A DNA stretch of 64,000 bases, from positions 1 through 64,000 of the forward strand of contig CAVRJY010000002.1 in NCBI GenBank assembly GCA_963721805.1. The letters run 5' to 3'. The position numbers and the translations under genes were made by a program. Below the pieces are notes generated by a model that was not told where the DNA came from, did not search any database, and saw nothing but the letters and a program-made list of their open reading frames with translations. Source of the DNA: Nitrospirota bacterium (lineage in GTDB: Bacteria > Nitrospirota > Thermodesulfovibrionia > Thermodesulfovibrionales > JdFR-86). Positions 33,114 through 43,773 of this stretch are shown piece after piece (within the stretch, counting starts at the first letter, position 1; every line of letters starts with the position of its first letter).

Positions 33114-34340
33114 ATGGAACTATTCAATATCATAGCTATTCTCATCACGCTCTCAGCCGTATTCGGCTATGTGAACCATCGCTTTTTCAAGTTGCCGTCC
33201 ACTATAGGCATGATGCTGATCGCGATCATCATGTCGCTTACGCTTTTCCTGTTGGGACAGTTGGGTATGGAAAGGCACTGGATGACGCTTATGAGGAGCA
33301 TCGACTTCAACAAGACACTGATGGTAGGGATGCTCGGGTTTCTCCTGTTTGCCGGGGCCTTGCACGTAGAACTCAACGAACTACTCAAGAAGAAGTGGGA
33401 GGTTGGCGTCTATGCTACCGTAGGGGTCGTCATCTCGACCTTTATGGTCGGCACGTGCATGTATTACCTCCTCGGATGGCTCGGGCTGGAGCTGAGGTAT
33501 ATCCATTGCCTCCTGTTCGGCGCGCTAATCTCGCCCACCGACCCTATTGCCGTCATCGGAATGCTGAGGCTGGCTGGAGCGCCCAAGGGCCTTGAGGTCC
33601 AGATCGCCGGGGAATCGCTGCTTAACGATGGCATCGGCGTAGTGGTATTCCTTGTGCTGGCCGGAATAGCCTCGGGCGAATATGCGCCATCGCCTAACAC
33701 GGTCCTCATGCTCTTTGGCAGGGAGACGCTCGGGGGGGCGCTGCTGGGCCTGTTAATGGGATGGGTAGCATACCGCCTGCTAAAAAGCATAGACAACTAT
33801 GAGGTCGAGATACTCATATCTCTGTCGTTGGTTATGGGAGGTTACACACTGGCCGCATCGCTGCACACGTCGGGGCCGATAGCGATGGTCGTAGGCGGGG
33901 TGCTGATCGGCAGCCACGGACGCAGGCATGCGATGTCGGAGAAGACTCGCAGCCATCTCGACATGTTCTGGGAGCTGGTGGATGGAACCCTCAATTCGGT
34001 GCTTTTCGTATTGATAGGGCTTCAGCTGCTGTCAGTTACTTTTACGGCGCATACGCTCATGGCCGGGATCATCGCCGTGCCCGTGACGCTCTTCTCCAGG
34101 TGCGTCTCGATAGGCATTCCGCTACGACTGCTCACAATAAGGAAGCGTTTCGATTGGGAGGCGCTCAGGATCATGACCTGGGGCGGCCTCCGGGGCGGCA
34201 TAGCTGTGGCGCTCGCTCTCTCGCTGCCAAACGGCCAGGAACGTGACATAATCATAACCATGACATATATCGTCGTGATATTTTCGGTCCTCGTCCAAGG
34301 GCTGACATTCAAATATGTCGCTACCCCACGCGCGCAGTAA
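33114..34340 (+). CDS. CPA1 Na+/H+ antiporter (NhaP-like)
   Basis: ISPTDPIAV, GESLLNDG, WGGLRGG. Confidence 0.92.
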   Translation: MELFNIIAILITLSAVFGYVNHRFFKLPSTIGMMLIAIIMSLTLFLLGQLGMERHWMTLMRSIDFNKTLMVGMLGFLLFAGALHVELNELLKKKWEVGVYATVGVVISTFMVGTCMYYLLGWLGLELRYIHCLLFGALISPTDPIAVIGMLRLAGAPKGLEVQIAGESLLNDGIGVVVFLVLAGIASGEYAPSPNTVLMLFGRETLGGALLGLLMGWVAYRLLKSIDNYEVEILISLSLVMGGYTLAASLHTSGPIAMVVGGVLIGSHGRRHAMSEKTRSHLDMFWELVDGTLNSVLFVLIGLQLLSVTFTAHTLMAGIIAVPVTLFSRCVSIGIPLRLLTIRKRFDWEALRIMTWGGLRGGIAVALALSLPNGQERDIIITMTYIVVIFSVLVQGLTFKYVATPRAQ

Positions 34341-34523
34341 CCCTCTCTAACCCGCCTACTGGAATCGCGTGTAAGCCCCAATCTTCTCTCAGCCATATAA
34401 ATTGGCACTCCAGCCGGTGACAAAGGCTATGACCCGGAGCCTTCTTGCTTGTCCTCGCCCTTGATGGGCACGATTTTACCGCGTCTATTCACTATGCCCA
34501 TGAAACGGACAATTAGATATTCT

Positions 34524-35792
34524 TCAAACGCTCCACTTACAAATTTTATCCTCTACTATTTTCTTCTTGGTCGCATATCGTTCTCTAGATACGCGCACAA
34601 TCTTTTCAGCGTTCATTTCGGTGCCTGATAGGTCTTCAGGCGGCAAGGTGCAGGCAGAAAACGCATCCCTTGCAACACCATCAATCATGAGGCGCAGGTA
34701 AATATGATATTGGGGTAGGTTGCAGAAATGATCGGCCTCGAATGTGTGTCCTAACTCTTCCTCCAAGATGGCAGCGTCTCTTGCTCCGACACGGAATGAT
34801 ATGATCGTCCCGCAATTTCCGAATATTGCGTTTCGTACCTTCTCGTCGATCTGTTCGATGTACTGATTTGCTAGAATCAAATTCAGACGGTACTTTCTTG
34901 CCTCAGATAGGATGTTAGCAAATGACTCTGTCGCAAAGTTTTGGAATTCATCGACGTACAGATAGAAATCTCTTCTGTCCTTTTCAGTCGTATCCACCCT
35001 GGTCATTGCTGCAAGCTGTATCTTTGTAACCAGAAGCGCTCCGAGAAGTGCTGAATTATCCTCTCCGATTCTCCCCTTGCTTAAATTCACAATCAAGATT
35101 TTCTGGTTATCCATTACCTCGCGGACATCAAAAGAAGACTTGCTTTGACCGAGGATATTTCTCATGATTGAACTTGAAAGGAATTGCCCGACCTTGTTTT
35201 GGATCGGTGCGATTGCCTCGCCTCTTAGCTTCTCTGGGTAGCCCGCGAACTCCTTTGTCCAGAAATTGCGCACTACGGGGTCATCGATGTCCTTAGTCTG
35301 CTGCTTTCGGTATCCTTCATCGGCAAGAATTCTCAGAACCCCCAGAAGGGTTGAGTTGGGTATTCCAATAGGGTCAGAATCGCGTTTCTGAGTATGTGTT
35401 CAAGCCGTGGTCCCCAGCTATCGACCCAAATCTTCTTAAACACGCCGACTAAGCCCGAAGCGGTAAGATGCCGGGTAGCGGGGTTCTTGTCTATCATTAC
35501 ATTGAAGGCTATCGGGTATTCCTGATCTACTGGGTTGAAGTAGATGACATCGTTGATTCGATTTGAGGGAATGGCTTTCAGTAGCCGCTCGGCGGAATCA
35601 CCGTGCGGGTCTATGAAGGCCACCCCGTTACCATTTCTGATATCTTGTATGGCAAGATGCTCCAGAAGGTTTGTTTTGCCCATTCCTGTTTTCCCGATAA
35701 TGTACATGTGGCGTCTGCGATCATCTCTTTTGATACCAAATATTTCTCTCGTTTCGGAAATTTGTTTTTGCGAAAAATGTGATTTCTGACAT
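34524..35792 (-). pseudogene. VirD4/TraD-like coupling ATPase, short and frameshifted
   Basis: DRRRHMYIIGKTGMGKT, FIDPHGD, WGPRLE, LYVDEFQNF, SEARKY, GNCGTIISFRVG; frameshifts near 35750 and 35345. Confidence 0.75.
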
Positions 35793-35991
35793 ATGTGTTT
35801 TTCTTACGGTTTAAAAAGCCCTTTGTTAGGGCCTTCATTGGCCTTGAAAAAAGCCCCCTCCTTCTTTGAAGACGAGGGGGCAAGGGTAAAGAGCTATTTG
35901 TTTTGTGTGAAAGACTCGCTTCTCTCAGTATCCTGAAGTACATCTGAAGATTCTTCAGGGCCTGGAAAGGCGATTTCTTCCTCATGATCTC

Positions 35992-36688
35992 TTAAGGCGG
36001 ATTGAGATCATCAGGAACTTGTTCATGAGCTTGAAGTGCTCCTGTGACAGATAGGGCAGTCCGAAATTACAGACTGCCTGGTGCCCGGAGTCCCATAGCT
36101 TGAGGCAGTCGAACATGTCGGTCGTAAAGTAGACCTCCTTGTCGGGCTCAATGCGGTCGTAATACAGGAGATAGAGTTCGGGGTTAAAGGAATGGTGGAA
36201 AACGTGTTTTCCGTCCTTTATCCTTATCCCGTAGTATGCTATCTTCTTTTCGTTCGTCCGTGACGGTAAAGGAGATGGTGCCGGACAGCATGGTTTTCCC
36301 CTTGGGCTTTCCCAACGCCGAACATCTGCAGGTTTCCTGGGATATGCCCATGTTGCTTAAGGTTCTTGTCGAACTCCAGCTCGTAGGTCAGCGTGAGCTG
36401 CTTGGTTATCTTTCCACCGGTGAAGCATGCCTTTTCTTCGAGCAGTTTCTTGGCCGTGTCCCAGTCACATTGCGAAATCGCCATGACCAGTGAGATGATG
36501 TGGCCGCTTCCTTTGCACTCAGGGCAGTACCAGAGGTTCTTTTTCTCTCCGTAGGCCTTTATGACGGCCTGTTTCCCGCACTTGTGGCATGGATACCTAA
36601 TATAGGCTCCATGCTGGCTACCGTCAATCTGAAGAAGCTTGAGGGCCTTGCTCGTATCAACGGCGCAAAGCGTGTTAGCGTAATTCAT
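35992..36688 (-). pseudogene. Degenerate DnaG-like primase (Zn finger and Toprim-like remnant)
   Basis: CHKC...WYCPECKGSGHIISLVM....DW..A; other frames give ELYLLY and AVCNFG. Confidence 0.5.
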
Positions 36689-36827
36689 GCACAACCTCCT
36701 TATATGGGTGACTTTTAGGGGTGGATTTGTAGCAAAAAGACATGTTATTATCCAGTAGACAGCTTGTATCCAACAGACAAACGCTTTTAAATCAAGGAGT
36801 TAAGGATAGAGAGAGTTAGGCCGTTTT

Positions 36828-36873
36828 ATTCGTAATCAGCAGGTCGTGGGTTCGACTCCCATTCCCGGCTCCA
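36828..36873 (+). mobile_element. att site: 3' half of tRNA-Thr(CGT)
   Basis: ATTCGTAATCAGCAGGTCGTGGGTTCGACTCCCATTCCCGGCTCCA; 5' half absent; GC content rises immediately afterwards. Confidence 0.85.
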
Positions 36874-36881
36874 GTAATACC

Positions 36882-36913
36882 AAAGGGTTGCGAGAAATCG
36901 CAGCCCTTTTTTT
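36882..36913 (+). terminator. Rho-independent terminator
   Basis: AAAGGGTTGCGA-GAAA-TCGCAGCCCTTT followed by a T-run. Confidence 0.75.
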
Positions 36914-37008
36914 GTTGTTTCTTAAGCCGTTACGGTTGACAGGGCTCTGAGAAAATGGGAGGATGAGGCATATGGCCGTGCGCAAATCCGCAGCAGGGGG
37001 TAAGACAG

Positions 37009-37626
37009 ATGGGCAATCCGATTGACGTCGCGGTGTTCGTCGGGAGCCTGAGGGCTGAGGCATTCAGCCGCAGGCTCGCAAACGCCCTGGCCGCGCTGGC
37101 GCCGCCAGAGCTCAGGCTCGGCATCGTCGAGATCGGCCAGATCCCGTTTTACAACCAGGACCTCGAGGCCACGCCGCCCGCGCAATGGACCGCCCTGCGC
37201 CAGCGTATCAGGGCCGCCGACGCGGTGCTCTTCGTGACGCCCGAGTATAACCGCTCGGTCCCGGCCGCGCTTAAAAACGCCATCGACGTCGCATCCCGCC
37301 CCTACGGCCAGTCCGCATGGGACGGCAAGCCCGGAGCGGTCGCAAGCGTATCGCCCGGCGCTATAGGGGGGTTCGGGGCGAACCACCACCTCAGGCAGTC
37401 GCTCGTCTTCCTGAACGTCCCGGCGATGCAGCAGCCCGAACTCTACCTGGGCGGCGCTGCCGAGCTTATCGACCCCTCCGGCACGATCACCAGGGAGGCG
37501 ACGCGTGCGTTTCTGGCCAGGTTCATGCAGGCCTTCGCCGCGTGGATCGTGGCGAACCGGCGCACGGGCGAGGGGATATTTCTGCTGGATAAGGTTGCCG
37601 GAAAAAATGTATCCTCAATGACATGA
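37009..37626 (+). CDS. NAD(P)H-dependent FMN/chromate reductase
   Basis: GSLR, TPEYNRSVPAALKNAID, HHLRQ. Confidence 0.9.
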   Translation: MGNPIDVAVFVGSLRAEAFSRRLANALAALAPPELRLGIVEIGQIPFYNQDLEATPPAQWTALRQRIRAADAVLFVTPEYNRSVPAALKNAIDVASRPYGQSAWDGKPGAVASVSPGAIGGFGANHHLRQSLVFLNVPAMQQPELYLGGAAELIDPSGTITREATRAFLARFMQAFAAWIVANRRTGEGIFLLDKVAGKNVSSMT

Positions 37627-37683
37627 CGTGATCCACGTTTGCAGATGTTCCGGTATTTTTGCCGGTGCGGGGAGAGACACGCG

Positions 37684-38619
37684 ATGTCAGACAGCCAGGT
37701 GATCTATATGATCGGGTTTTCGCTGATAATACAGCTGGCGACCATCACATGCGCGCTGCAGCTTATCGCCGTGACCGGGTGGAAGAAGGCCTGGATACTG
37801 CTCTCGCTGGGCATCACGACGATGGGCATAAGGCGCGCTATGACCTTCGCCGAGCTGCTCGCGGGCGAACCCGTGCAGCCTCACCAGCTCAGCTACGAGA
37901 TATTCGGGCTTGGAGGCTCGGCCCTCATGCTCCTTGGAGTCATACTGATAAAGCCCATCTTCCTTTCGCTGAAAAACGTCGAGAAGTTGCAGGCCGAGGC
38001 GATCAGGGACAAGGACATGCTCATGAAGGAGACGTACCACAGGGTCAAGAACAACCTCTCGGTGATCCAGAGCCTGATGTCGCTGCAGCTCAAGGACATC
38101 AAGGACGAGAACTACAAGGCGTATTTCGTGGACATACAAAACAGGGTCAAGAGCATGAGCATGATCCACGAGAGGCTCCAGCGCTCCGGGGACCTGAAGA
38201 ACATCGACGCCGGAGAGTACCTGCGCAGCCTCTCAAGCACGCTCTTCCACGGCTACAGGACGAACCCCAATATAAGGATCAGCCACGAGATCGAGGACGC
38301 CAGCATGGACGTCGATACCCTGATACCGCTGGGGCTGATCTTAAACGAGCTCGTCTCAAACGCGATGAAGTACGCCTTCCCGGCAGGCAGGGAGGGGGAG
38401 GTCAGGGTCTCGTTTTCGAAGCCCGGCGAGCAGGAATACCTGCTGGTGGTCAAAGACGACGGGGCCGGCCTGCCGCCGGACTTCGATATCAGGCAGGCAG
38501 GCTCGCTGGGGATGAGGATCGTCAAGTCCCTGGCCCGGCAGCTGAACGCCGAGCTTTCCATATCCGGCGAAAACGGGGCCGAGTTCAGGCTCCTCGTCAG
38601 GGGCCGCCCCCACCCCTGA
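37684..38619 (+). CDS. Membrane sensor histidine kinase (HisKA_2)
   Basis: HRVKNNL, NELVSNAMKY, DDGAG, SLGM. Confidence 0.9.
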   Translation: MSDSQVIYMIGFSLIIQLATITCALQLIAVTGWKKAWILLSLGITTMGIRRAMTFAELLAGEPVQPHQLSYEIFGLGGSALMLLGVILIKPIFLSLKNVEKLQAEAIRDKDMLMKETYHRVKNNLSVIQSLMSLQLKDIKDENYKAYFVDIQNRVKSMSMIHERLQRSGDLKNIDAGEYLRSLSSTLFHGYRTNPNIRISHEIEDASMDVDTLIPLGLILNELVSNAMKYAFPAGREGEVRVSFSKPGEQEYLLVVKDDGAGLPPDFDIRQAGSLGMRIVKSLARQLNAELSISGENGAEFRLLVRGRPHP

Positions 38620-38794
38620 GCGCGCTGCTGCCCGGCCCTCTGCGCCGCGCGGCAGCCTTTCTCCCTTACAGGCCCGCCAGATTAGAAGAAAACAGTTTCG
38701 AAACTCCTTGACAAACCCGCAGCAATCATATATCATAATATTAATATGACTGACCCCCGCAAGGGGGCAATACGGCTTAAAAGGAGAAGGCATA

Positions 38795-39214
38795 ATGATA
38801 CGGGCCAAGTACGTGATGTGCAAGAGGACCGCGGTCTCGATAGACACGATGGGCCGCGAGGTGGTACACAAGATGATGGCCAGCGGCTGCCCCGGCATAC
38901 CGGTGGTCGACGAGCGCTCTGAGGTCATAGGGATCGTGAGCATGTGCAACATCCTCAAGGCCGCCAGGGAAAACGGCTCTGAGCTCGACCGGATCTCGGC
39001 CGGGCAGGTGATGTCGCGGATGCCCGTCACCGCGGACGCCGAGGCCTCGCTCGACGAGCTCTCGCGCCTGATGATCGAGCACAACTACCCGGTCATCCCC
39101 ATAGTGAGGGGCAAAAAGCTGATCGGCATCGTAAGCGCGCGAGAGATCATCGACACCTACATGGAGCCGCACCTCTTCAGCTCCTTCGAGGAGAAGGTGG
39201 CCGTCCCGGCCTAA
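38795..39214 (+). CDS. CBS domain protein
   Basis: Two CBS repeats (IPVVD..IGIVS, IPIV..IGIVS). Confidence 0.9.
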   Translation: MIRAKYVMCKRTAVSIDTMGREVVHKMMASGCPGIPVVDERSEVIGIVSMCNILKAARENGSELDRISAGQVMSRMPVTADAEASLDELSRLMIEHNYPVIPIVRGKKLIGIVSAREIIDTYMEPHLFSSFEEKVAVPA

Positions 39215-39235
39215 GCGGCAGAGATCCGTGCGGAG

Positions 39236-41494
39236 CTAGCGGCCCCCGGCGCGCTTAAACGCATCGGCCAGCGAGGTACGCGGCTTATCCGGCTTCGGCG
39301 CGGGCTTGCGGCCGGCCGGGGCTTCCTCCTTATCAGGCCGGAGCTTTGCGGCCTCGGGGTCCTTCTTTAGGGACAGCGATATGCGCCTGCGGCCTATGTC
39401 GACCTCCAGGACGAGGGCATCGACCCGCTGGCCGACCTTCACCGCCTGCGCCGGGTCCTTTACGTACCGGTCCGAGAGCTGGCTTATATGCACCAGGCCG
39501 TCCTGGTGCACGCCAATGTCCACGAACGCGCCGAAGTTCGTGATGTTCGTCACCACGCCCGCAAGCCGCATGCCGGGCTCGAGGTCCTTCAGCTCCGAGA
39601 CGCCCTCCTTAAACGAGAAGCCCTCGAACGCCGCCCTCGGGTCGCGGCCGGGCTTTGCGAGTTCCTCCATGATGTCTTGAAGCGTCGGCAGGCCGACCGT
39701 ATCCGTGATATATGCCGTCAAGTCGATCTTCAGCCGCATCTCGGGCCGCTCGATCAGCTCGCCCACGCTCACGCCCAAATCCGTGGCCATTGCCTCGACG
39801 ATCTGGTAGCTCTCTGGGTGCACCGCGCTTGCGTCGAGCGGGTTTTCGGCCCCGGCAACCCTCAAAAAACCCGCGGCCTGCTCGAACGCCTTGGGCCCGA
39901 GGCGGGGCACCTCCTTAAGTGCGGCGCGCCGCTTAAACGGGCCGTGCTCCTCGCGGTGCCGAACGATGTTCTGTGCGAGGGATGGGCCGAGGCCGGAGAC
40001 ATAGCTCAGGAGCTGGGCGCTCGCGGTATTGACCTCGACGCCGACCGCGTTTACGCAGCTTACGACCACGTCGTCGAGGCCCTGCCTGAGCATGCCCTGG
40101 TCCACGTCGTGCTGATACTGCCCGACCCCTATCGACTTGGGGTCTATCTTTACCAGCTCAGCGAGCGGGTCCATCACCCTGCGGCCTATCGAGACCGATC
40201 CGCGCACCGTTATGTCAGCATCCGGGAACTCCGCCCTCGCGGCCTCGCTCGCGGAGTATATCGACGCGCCGCTCTCGTTTACCGAGACTATCTGGATATC
40301 CCCGCGTAGCCCTATCCCGCGTATGAACGCCTCGGTCTCGCGGCCCGCCGTGCCGTTGCCTATGGCTATGGCCTCGATCTCATATTTCTCGCAGAGCCCG
40401 AGTATCGTGTTTTTCGCCTTTGCCAAAGCCGCATCCGAGCCGAGCAGGAAGACAGTTTCATAATGCTTGAGGCCGCCCTGAGCGTCGAGGCATACGACCT
40501 TGCAGCCGGTGCGGAATCCGGGGTCTATCGCGAGCACGTTTTTCTGGCCCAGAGGAGGGGCGAGCAGGAGCTGCCGCAGGTTTTCCTTGAACACCCGGAT
40601 AGCCTCGTCGTCCGCGCGTTTTTTGAGGGCGAGCCTGAGTTCCGCCTCCATCGAAAACGAGAGCAGCCGCTTGTAGCCGTCCTCGACCGCGAGGCGCACC
40701 TGCCCGGAGTCCGCGCCTGAGCCGCGTACGAACATCGCGGTCAATATAGAGACAGCCCCCTCATCGGGCGGGGTAGCGCGCATGATCAGGCACTCCTCGC
40801 GCTCGCCGCGCCTGATCGCAAGGACCCTATGAGATGGCGCTGAGCGGGCCGGCTCCTCCCAATCGAAATAGTCGCGGTACTTGGCCCCGGCAGCCTCCCT
40901 GTCCTTCGCGACGCGCGAGCGGATCGTCGCGTGCGCGGCATAATAGGCGCGGAGGCGCTCCCTCGCGGCCTTGTCCTCGCTCACCCACTCCGCGATGATG
41001 TCGCGCGCCCCGGCCAGGGCGTCCCCGGCCGAGTTGATTTCCTTCCCGGGGTCGATGAACGCGGCCGCCTCGGACACTGGATCGAGGCCGGTCTGGTTGA
41101 ATATCGCCTGGGCCAGGGGCTCCAGCCCGCGTTCGCGCGCCACCATAGCGCGCGTCCTGCGCTTGGGCCTGTAGGGCAGGTATACGTCTTCGAGTTCGGC
41201 CATCGTACTGGCAGCGGTGACAGCGGTTTTGAGCCCGTCAGTGAGCAGGCCGCGTTCCTCGAGGCTCTTTAAAATAGCGATACGGCGCTTGTCGAGTTCG
41301 TGCAGCTCGGCCATGCGGTCTCTGATCGAGGTTATCGCGACCTCGTCGAGCAGCCCGGTGGCCTCCTTGCGATAGCGCGCTATGAAGGGCACCGTCGCGC
41401 CTTCGTCGAGGAGCGAGGATGCGGCCAGGACCTGTGCCGGTCTGATGCCGAGTTCGGCGGCCACGCGGCCGATGTGTTCCGTGGTTCGTTCCAT
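39236..41494 (-). CDS. tex: Tex family RNA-binding protein
   Basis: TVPFIARYRKEATG, DPGFRTGCK, IGVGQYQHD, S1 domain. Confidence 0.95.
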   Translation of the reverse strand: MERTTEHIGRVAAELGIRPAQVLAASSLLDEGATVPFIARYRKEATGLLDEVAITSIRDRMAELHELDKRRIAILKSLEERGLLTDGLKTAVTAASTMAELEDVYLPYRPKRRTRAMVARERGLEPLAQAIFNQTGLDPVSEAAAFIDPGKEINSAGDALAGARDIIAEWVSEDKAARERLRAYYAAHATIRSRVAKDREAAGAKYRDYFDWEEPARSAPSHRVLAIRRGEREECLIMRATPPDEGAVSILTAMFVRGSGADSGQVRLAVEDGYKRLLSFSMEAELRLALKKRADDEAIRVFKENLRQLLLAPPLGQKNVLAIDPGFRTGCKVVCLDAQGGLKHYETVFLLGSDAALAKAKNTILGLCEKYEIEAIAIGNGTAGRETEAFIRGIGLRGDIQIVSVNESGASIYSASEAARAEFPDADITVRGSVSIGRRVMDPLAELVKIDPKSIGVGQYQHDVDQGMLRQGLDDVVVSCVNAVGVEVNTASAQLLSYVSGLGPSLAQNIVRHREEHGPFKRRAALKEVPRLGPKAFEQAAGFLRVAGAENPLDASAVHPESYQIVEAMATDLGVSVGELIERPEMRLKIDLTAYITDTVGLPTLQDIMEELAKPGRDPRAAFEGFSFKEGVSELKDLEPGMRLAGVVTNITNFGAFVDIGVHQDGLVHISQLSDRYVKDPAQAVKVGQRVDALVLEVDIGRRRISLSLKKDPEAAKLRPDKEEAPAGRKPAPKPDKPRTSLADAFKRAGGR

Positions 41495-41595
41495 TTATAT
41501 TGCAGGCTCCTTGGGGATCGATTCGAAGATACTTATTATAACACCCGCGCGGGGCACTGACGGCTCTTAAGCCGGGTGAACTGACAGGCGCGCCC

Positions 41596-43041
41596 TCAGC
41601 CCTCGGCCGCGATGACGCGGTCGCGGCCCTGGCGCTTGGCCTCATAGAGGGCCTGGTCGGCGCGCTTGATCAGGTCCTTGCCGCTTTCGTTCTCGCGGTA
41701 GTCGGCCACACCGGCGCTGACGGTGATCGTGATCTCGCGGCCTTCGTGCGTCGTGACCGTCAGCTTTACGGCGTTTCGGAGCTTGTCGCCGACCTGTATG
41801 GCAAAGTTTTTGGGGCATTTCCTCAGCAGCACGAAGAACTCCTCCCCGCCCCAGCGGAATACCGAGTCAGAGGAGCGCACCCCGGCCTGCAATATCTTCG
41901 CGGTCCTCTCAAGGACCGCATCGCCGGCCTGGTGGCCGTAGGTGTCGTTTATCTCCTTGAAATGGTCGAGGTCCATGCTCAACAGCGCAAAGGGAGTCCC
42001 GTCGCGCCCGGCCTCGGCCACGGCCGCCTCGAACATCACGTCGAAGGCCTGCCGGTTATAAAGGCCGGTAAGCTTGTCCGTGCTGGCCATCTTCTCTACG
42101 CGCTCCTGGTACGAATGGATCGTCATCCGCGTCAGCCGCACGACGACGAAGCTGATAATTCCGCACACGAGCAGGTTTATCAGGAACGTCGTCCATATCC
42201 GCTTTTTGGCCTCGCGTTCGTTCTGCTCGACGAGCAGGTACCAGCCGAACTCGGGGATGTAGCGGGAGTTTAGGTGTATCGTCTCGCCGTGGCGGCGGAA
42301 CTGGAGCGAATTTTCGTTGGACGCGAAGACCTTGTCCGCGATCGGGCCGAGGCCCTCCATCTGGTGGATATTCGTTACCTCTCCGGGGAACTTGATGCCG
42401 TGGAACTGGACCTGGCCCTTGCTGTCGACGAAGAATATGCTGCGGCCGAACTGGCTCTGGTAGACCTCGATCTTCTTGTTGACGGACTCGACCGTCAGGC
42501 CCACGCCCGTAACTCCGATGAAATTGCCCTTATCGTCGACGACCGGGTAGTTGATGAAGATAGTCATGGTGCCGTCGTTGGCTGGGTCGCGGTCGACGTT
42601 TATCTCGTATTCGGCCTTGCTCTGCCTGGCGCGGAAGTACCAGGCGTCGCCGGGGTCGTCCTCGCTGACCTTCTTGATGACGCCCTTCGCGTGGTAGTAG
42701 AGGCGGGTCCTGTCAGAGACGAAGAAGCTCGTGACCATGCGGTATTTCTTCTGGATCATGCCCAGGTAGCGTGTGATCTCTTTGGGGTCCTTCTCGCCGC
42801 GTAGCACCCAGTCGTGCAGGAATGTGTCGGATGCCATGAGCGAGGAGACGAAGGTCGGGCGCACCAGGTCGCGCTGGATCTCGGAATAGACGTTGTCGCT
42901 CGTCAGCGGGAGCTCGTTTTGCCGGATCTCCTGGCGGAGCGAGGAGAGAGAGACGAAGTACCCTGCAAGGCTCGTGATGAGGAGCCCCACTATGGTGACC
43001 GAGCTTACCGCCACCGCCAGTTTGCCTTTGCGCGAAGACAT
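41596..43041 (-). CDS. Cache-sensor diguanylate cyclase
   Basis: TM-periplasmic-TM layout, DLDHFKEINDTYGH, RWGGEEF. Confidence 0.92.
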   Translation of the reverse strand: MSSRKGKLAVAVSSVTIVGLLITSLAGYFVSLSSLRQEIRQNELPLTSDNVYSEIQRDLVRPTFVSSLMASDTFLHDWVLRGEKDPKEITRYLGMIQKKYRMVTSFFVSDRTRLYYHAKGVIKKVSEDDPGDAWYFRARQSKAEYEINVDRDPANDGTMTIFINYPVVDDKGNFIGVTGVGLTVESVNKKIEVYQSQFGRSIFFVDSKGQVQFHGIKFPGEVTNIHQMEGLGPIADKVFASNENSLQFRRHGETIHLNSRYIPEFGWYLLVEQNEREAKKRIWTTFLINLLVCGIISFVVVRLTRMTIHSYQERVEKMASTDKLTGLYNRQAFDVMFEAAVAEAGRDGTPFALLSMDLDHFKEINDTYGHQAGDAVLERTAKILQAGVRSSDSVFRWGGEEFFVLLRKCPKNFAIQVGDKLRNAVKLTVTTHEGREITITVSAGVADYRENESGKDLIKRADQALYEAKRQGRDRVIAAEG

Positions 43042-43128
43042 GCCAGCTATTCTAAGCCACAGGGCTCCGGCAGTCAACCTTGCGGGCCATCCCGGCCTTA
43101 TATGGATGTGCCGTCCGCCCGCCTTTTA

Positions 43129-43167
43129 TTCACAATTAGTTCACAAATAATTCAGGACAACTTCAAA
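43129..43167. promoter_or_regulatory. Four TTCA(CA) direct repeats, 11-bp period
   Basis: Units start at 43129, 43140, 43151 and 43162. Confidence 0.45.
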
Positions 43168-43254
43168 ATCTAGGAGTACAATTACCTTAGAAGTGCATAG
43201 ATGTCATTTCGGGACATCATTTTTTAACATGCGACGCAATCGGAGGATCAGGAC

Positions 43255-43770
43255 ATGCGAAAGACTATTCTCATCGCAGTTGCAGCACTGGCATTGATGC
43301 TCTCGGCCCCCGCGGCATGGGCGGCCGACGGCCACGACGGCCGAGACGGCGGCGACGGGATGCGCGGCTCGCGGTCAGGCGGCGCTGTTCAAACCCAGAG
43401 ATGGGGCGGCGGCCAACGCGGCGGACACTGGGGCGGCGGCGAACACTGGGGCGGCCATGACAGGGACTGGCATGGTGGCGGTGGCGGCGTCTGGATCGGC
43501 CCTGGCTGGGACCCGTTCTGGGGCCCATGGTGGTGGGGCGGGGGATATTACCCCTATCCTTCATATCCGTACTACCCGTACGCTCAGCCGCCTGTAGTGG
43601 TTCAGCCCGAAGAGTCTCCGATGTATCAGGAGCCCACGCAGGAGCCCAACCAGCAGTCTTACTGGTATCACTGTGACAACCCGGAGGGATACTATCCCTA
43701 CATAAAAGATTGCCCGGGCGGGTGGCAGAGGGTCGTGCCCACGCCGCCTCCGGCAGGAGGGGGACAATAA
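43255..43770 (+). CDS. Secreted Gly/Pro/Tyr-rich protein
   Basis: Signal peptide; YWYHC..PEGYYPYIKDCPGGW. Confidence 0.75.
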   Translation: MRKTILIAVAALALMLSAPAAWAADGHDGRDGGDGMRGSRSGGAVQTQRWGGGQRGGHWGGGEHWGGHDRDWHGGGGGVWIGPGWDPFWGPWWWGGGYYPYPSYPYYPYAQPPVVVQPEESPMYQEPTQEPNQQSYWYHCDNPEGYYPYIKDCPGGWQRVVPTPPPAGGGQ

Positions 43771-43773
43771 CCC

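Noticed and set aside
32740..33135. 131-aa ORF before the antiporter
   Set aside because: No RBS or recognisable motif, and it overlaps a likely promoter region.
36800..36873. Intact tRNA-Thr
   Set aside because: No 5' acceptor strand or D-arm upstream of the anticodon loop.
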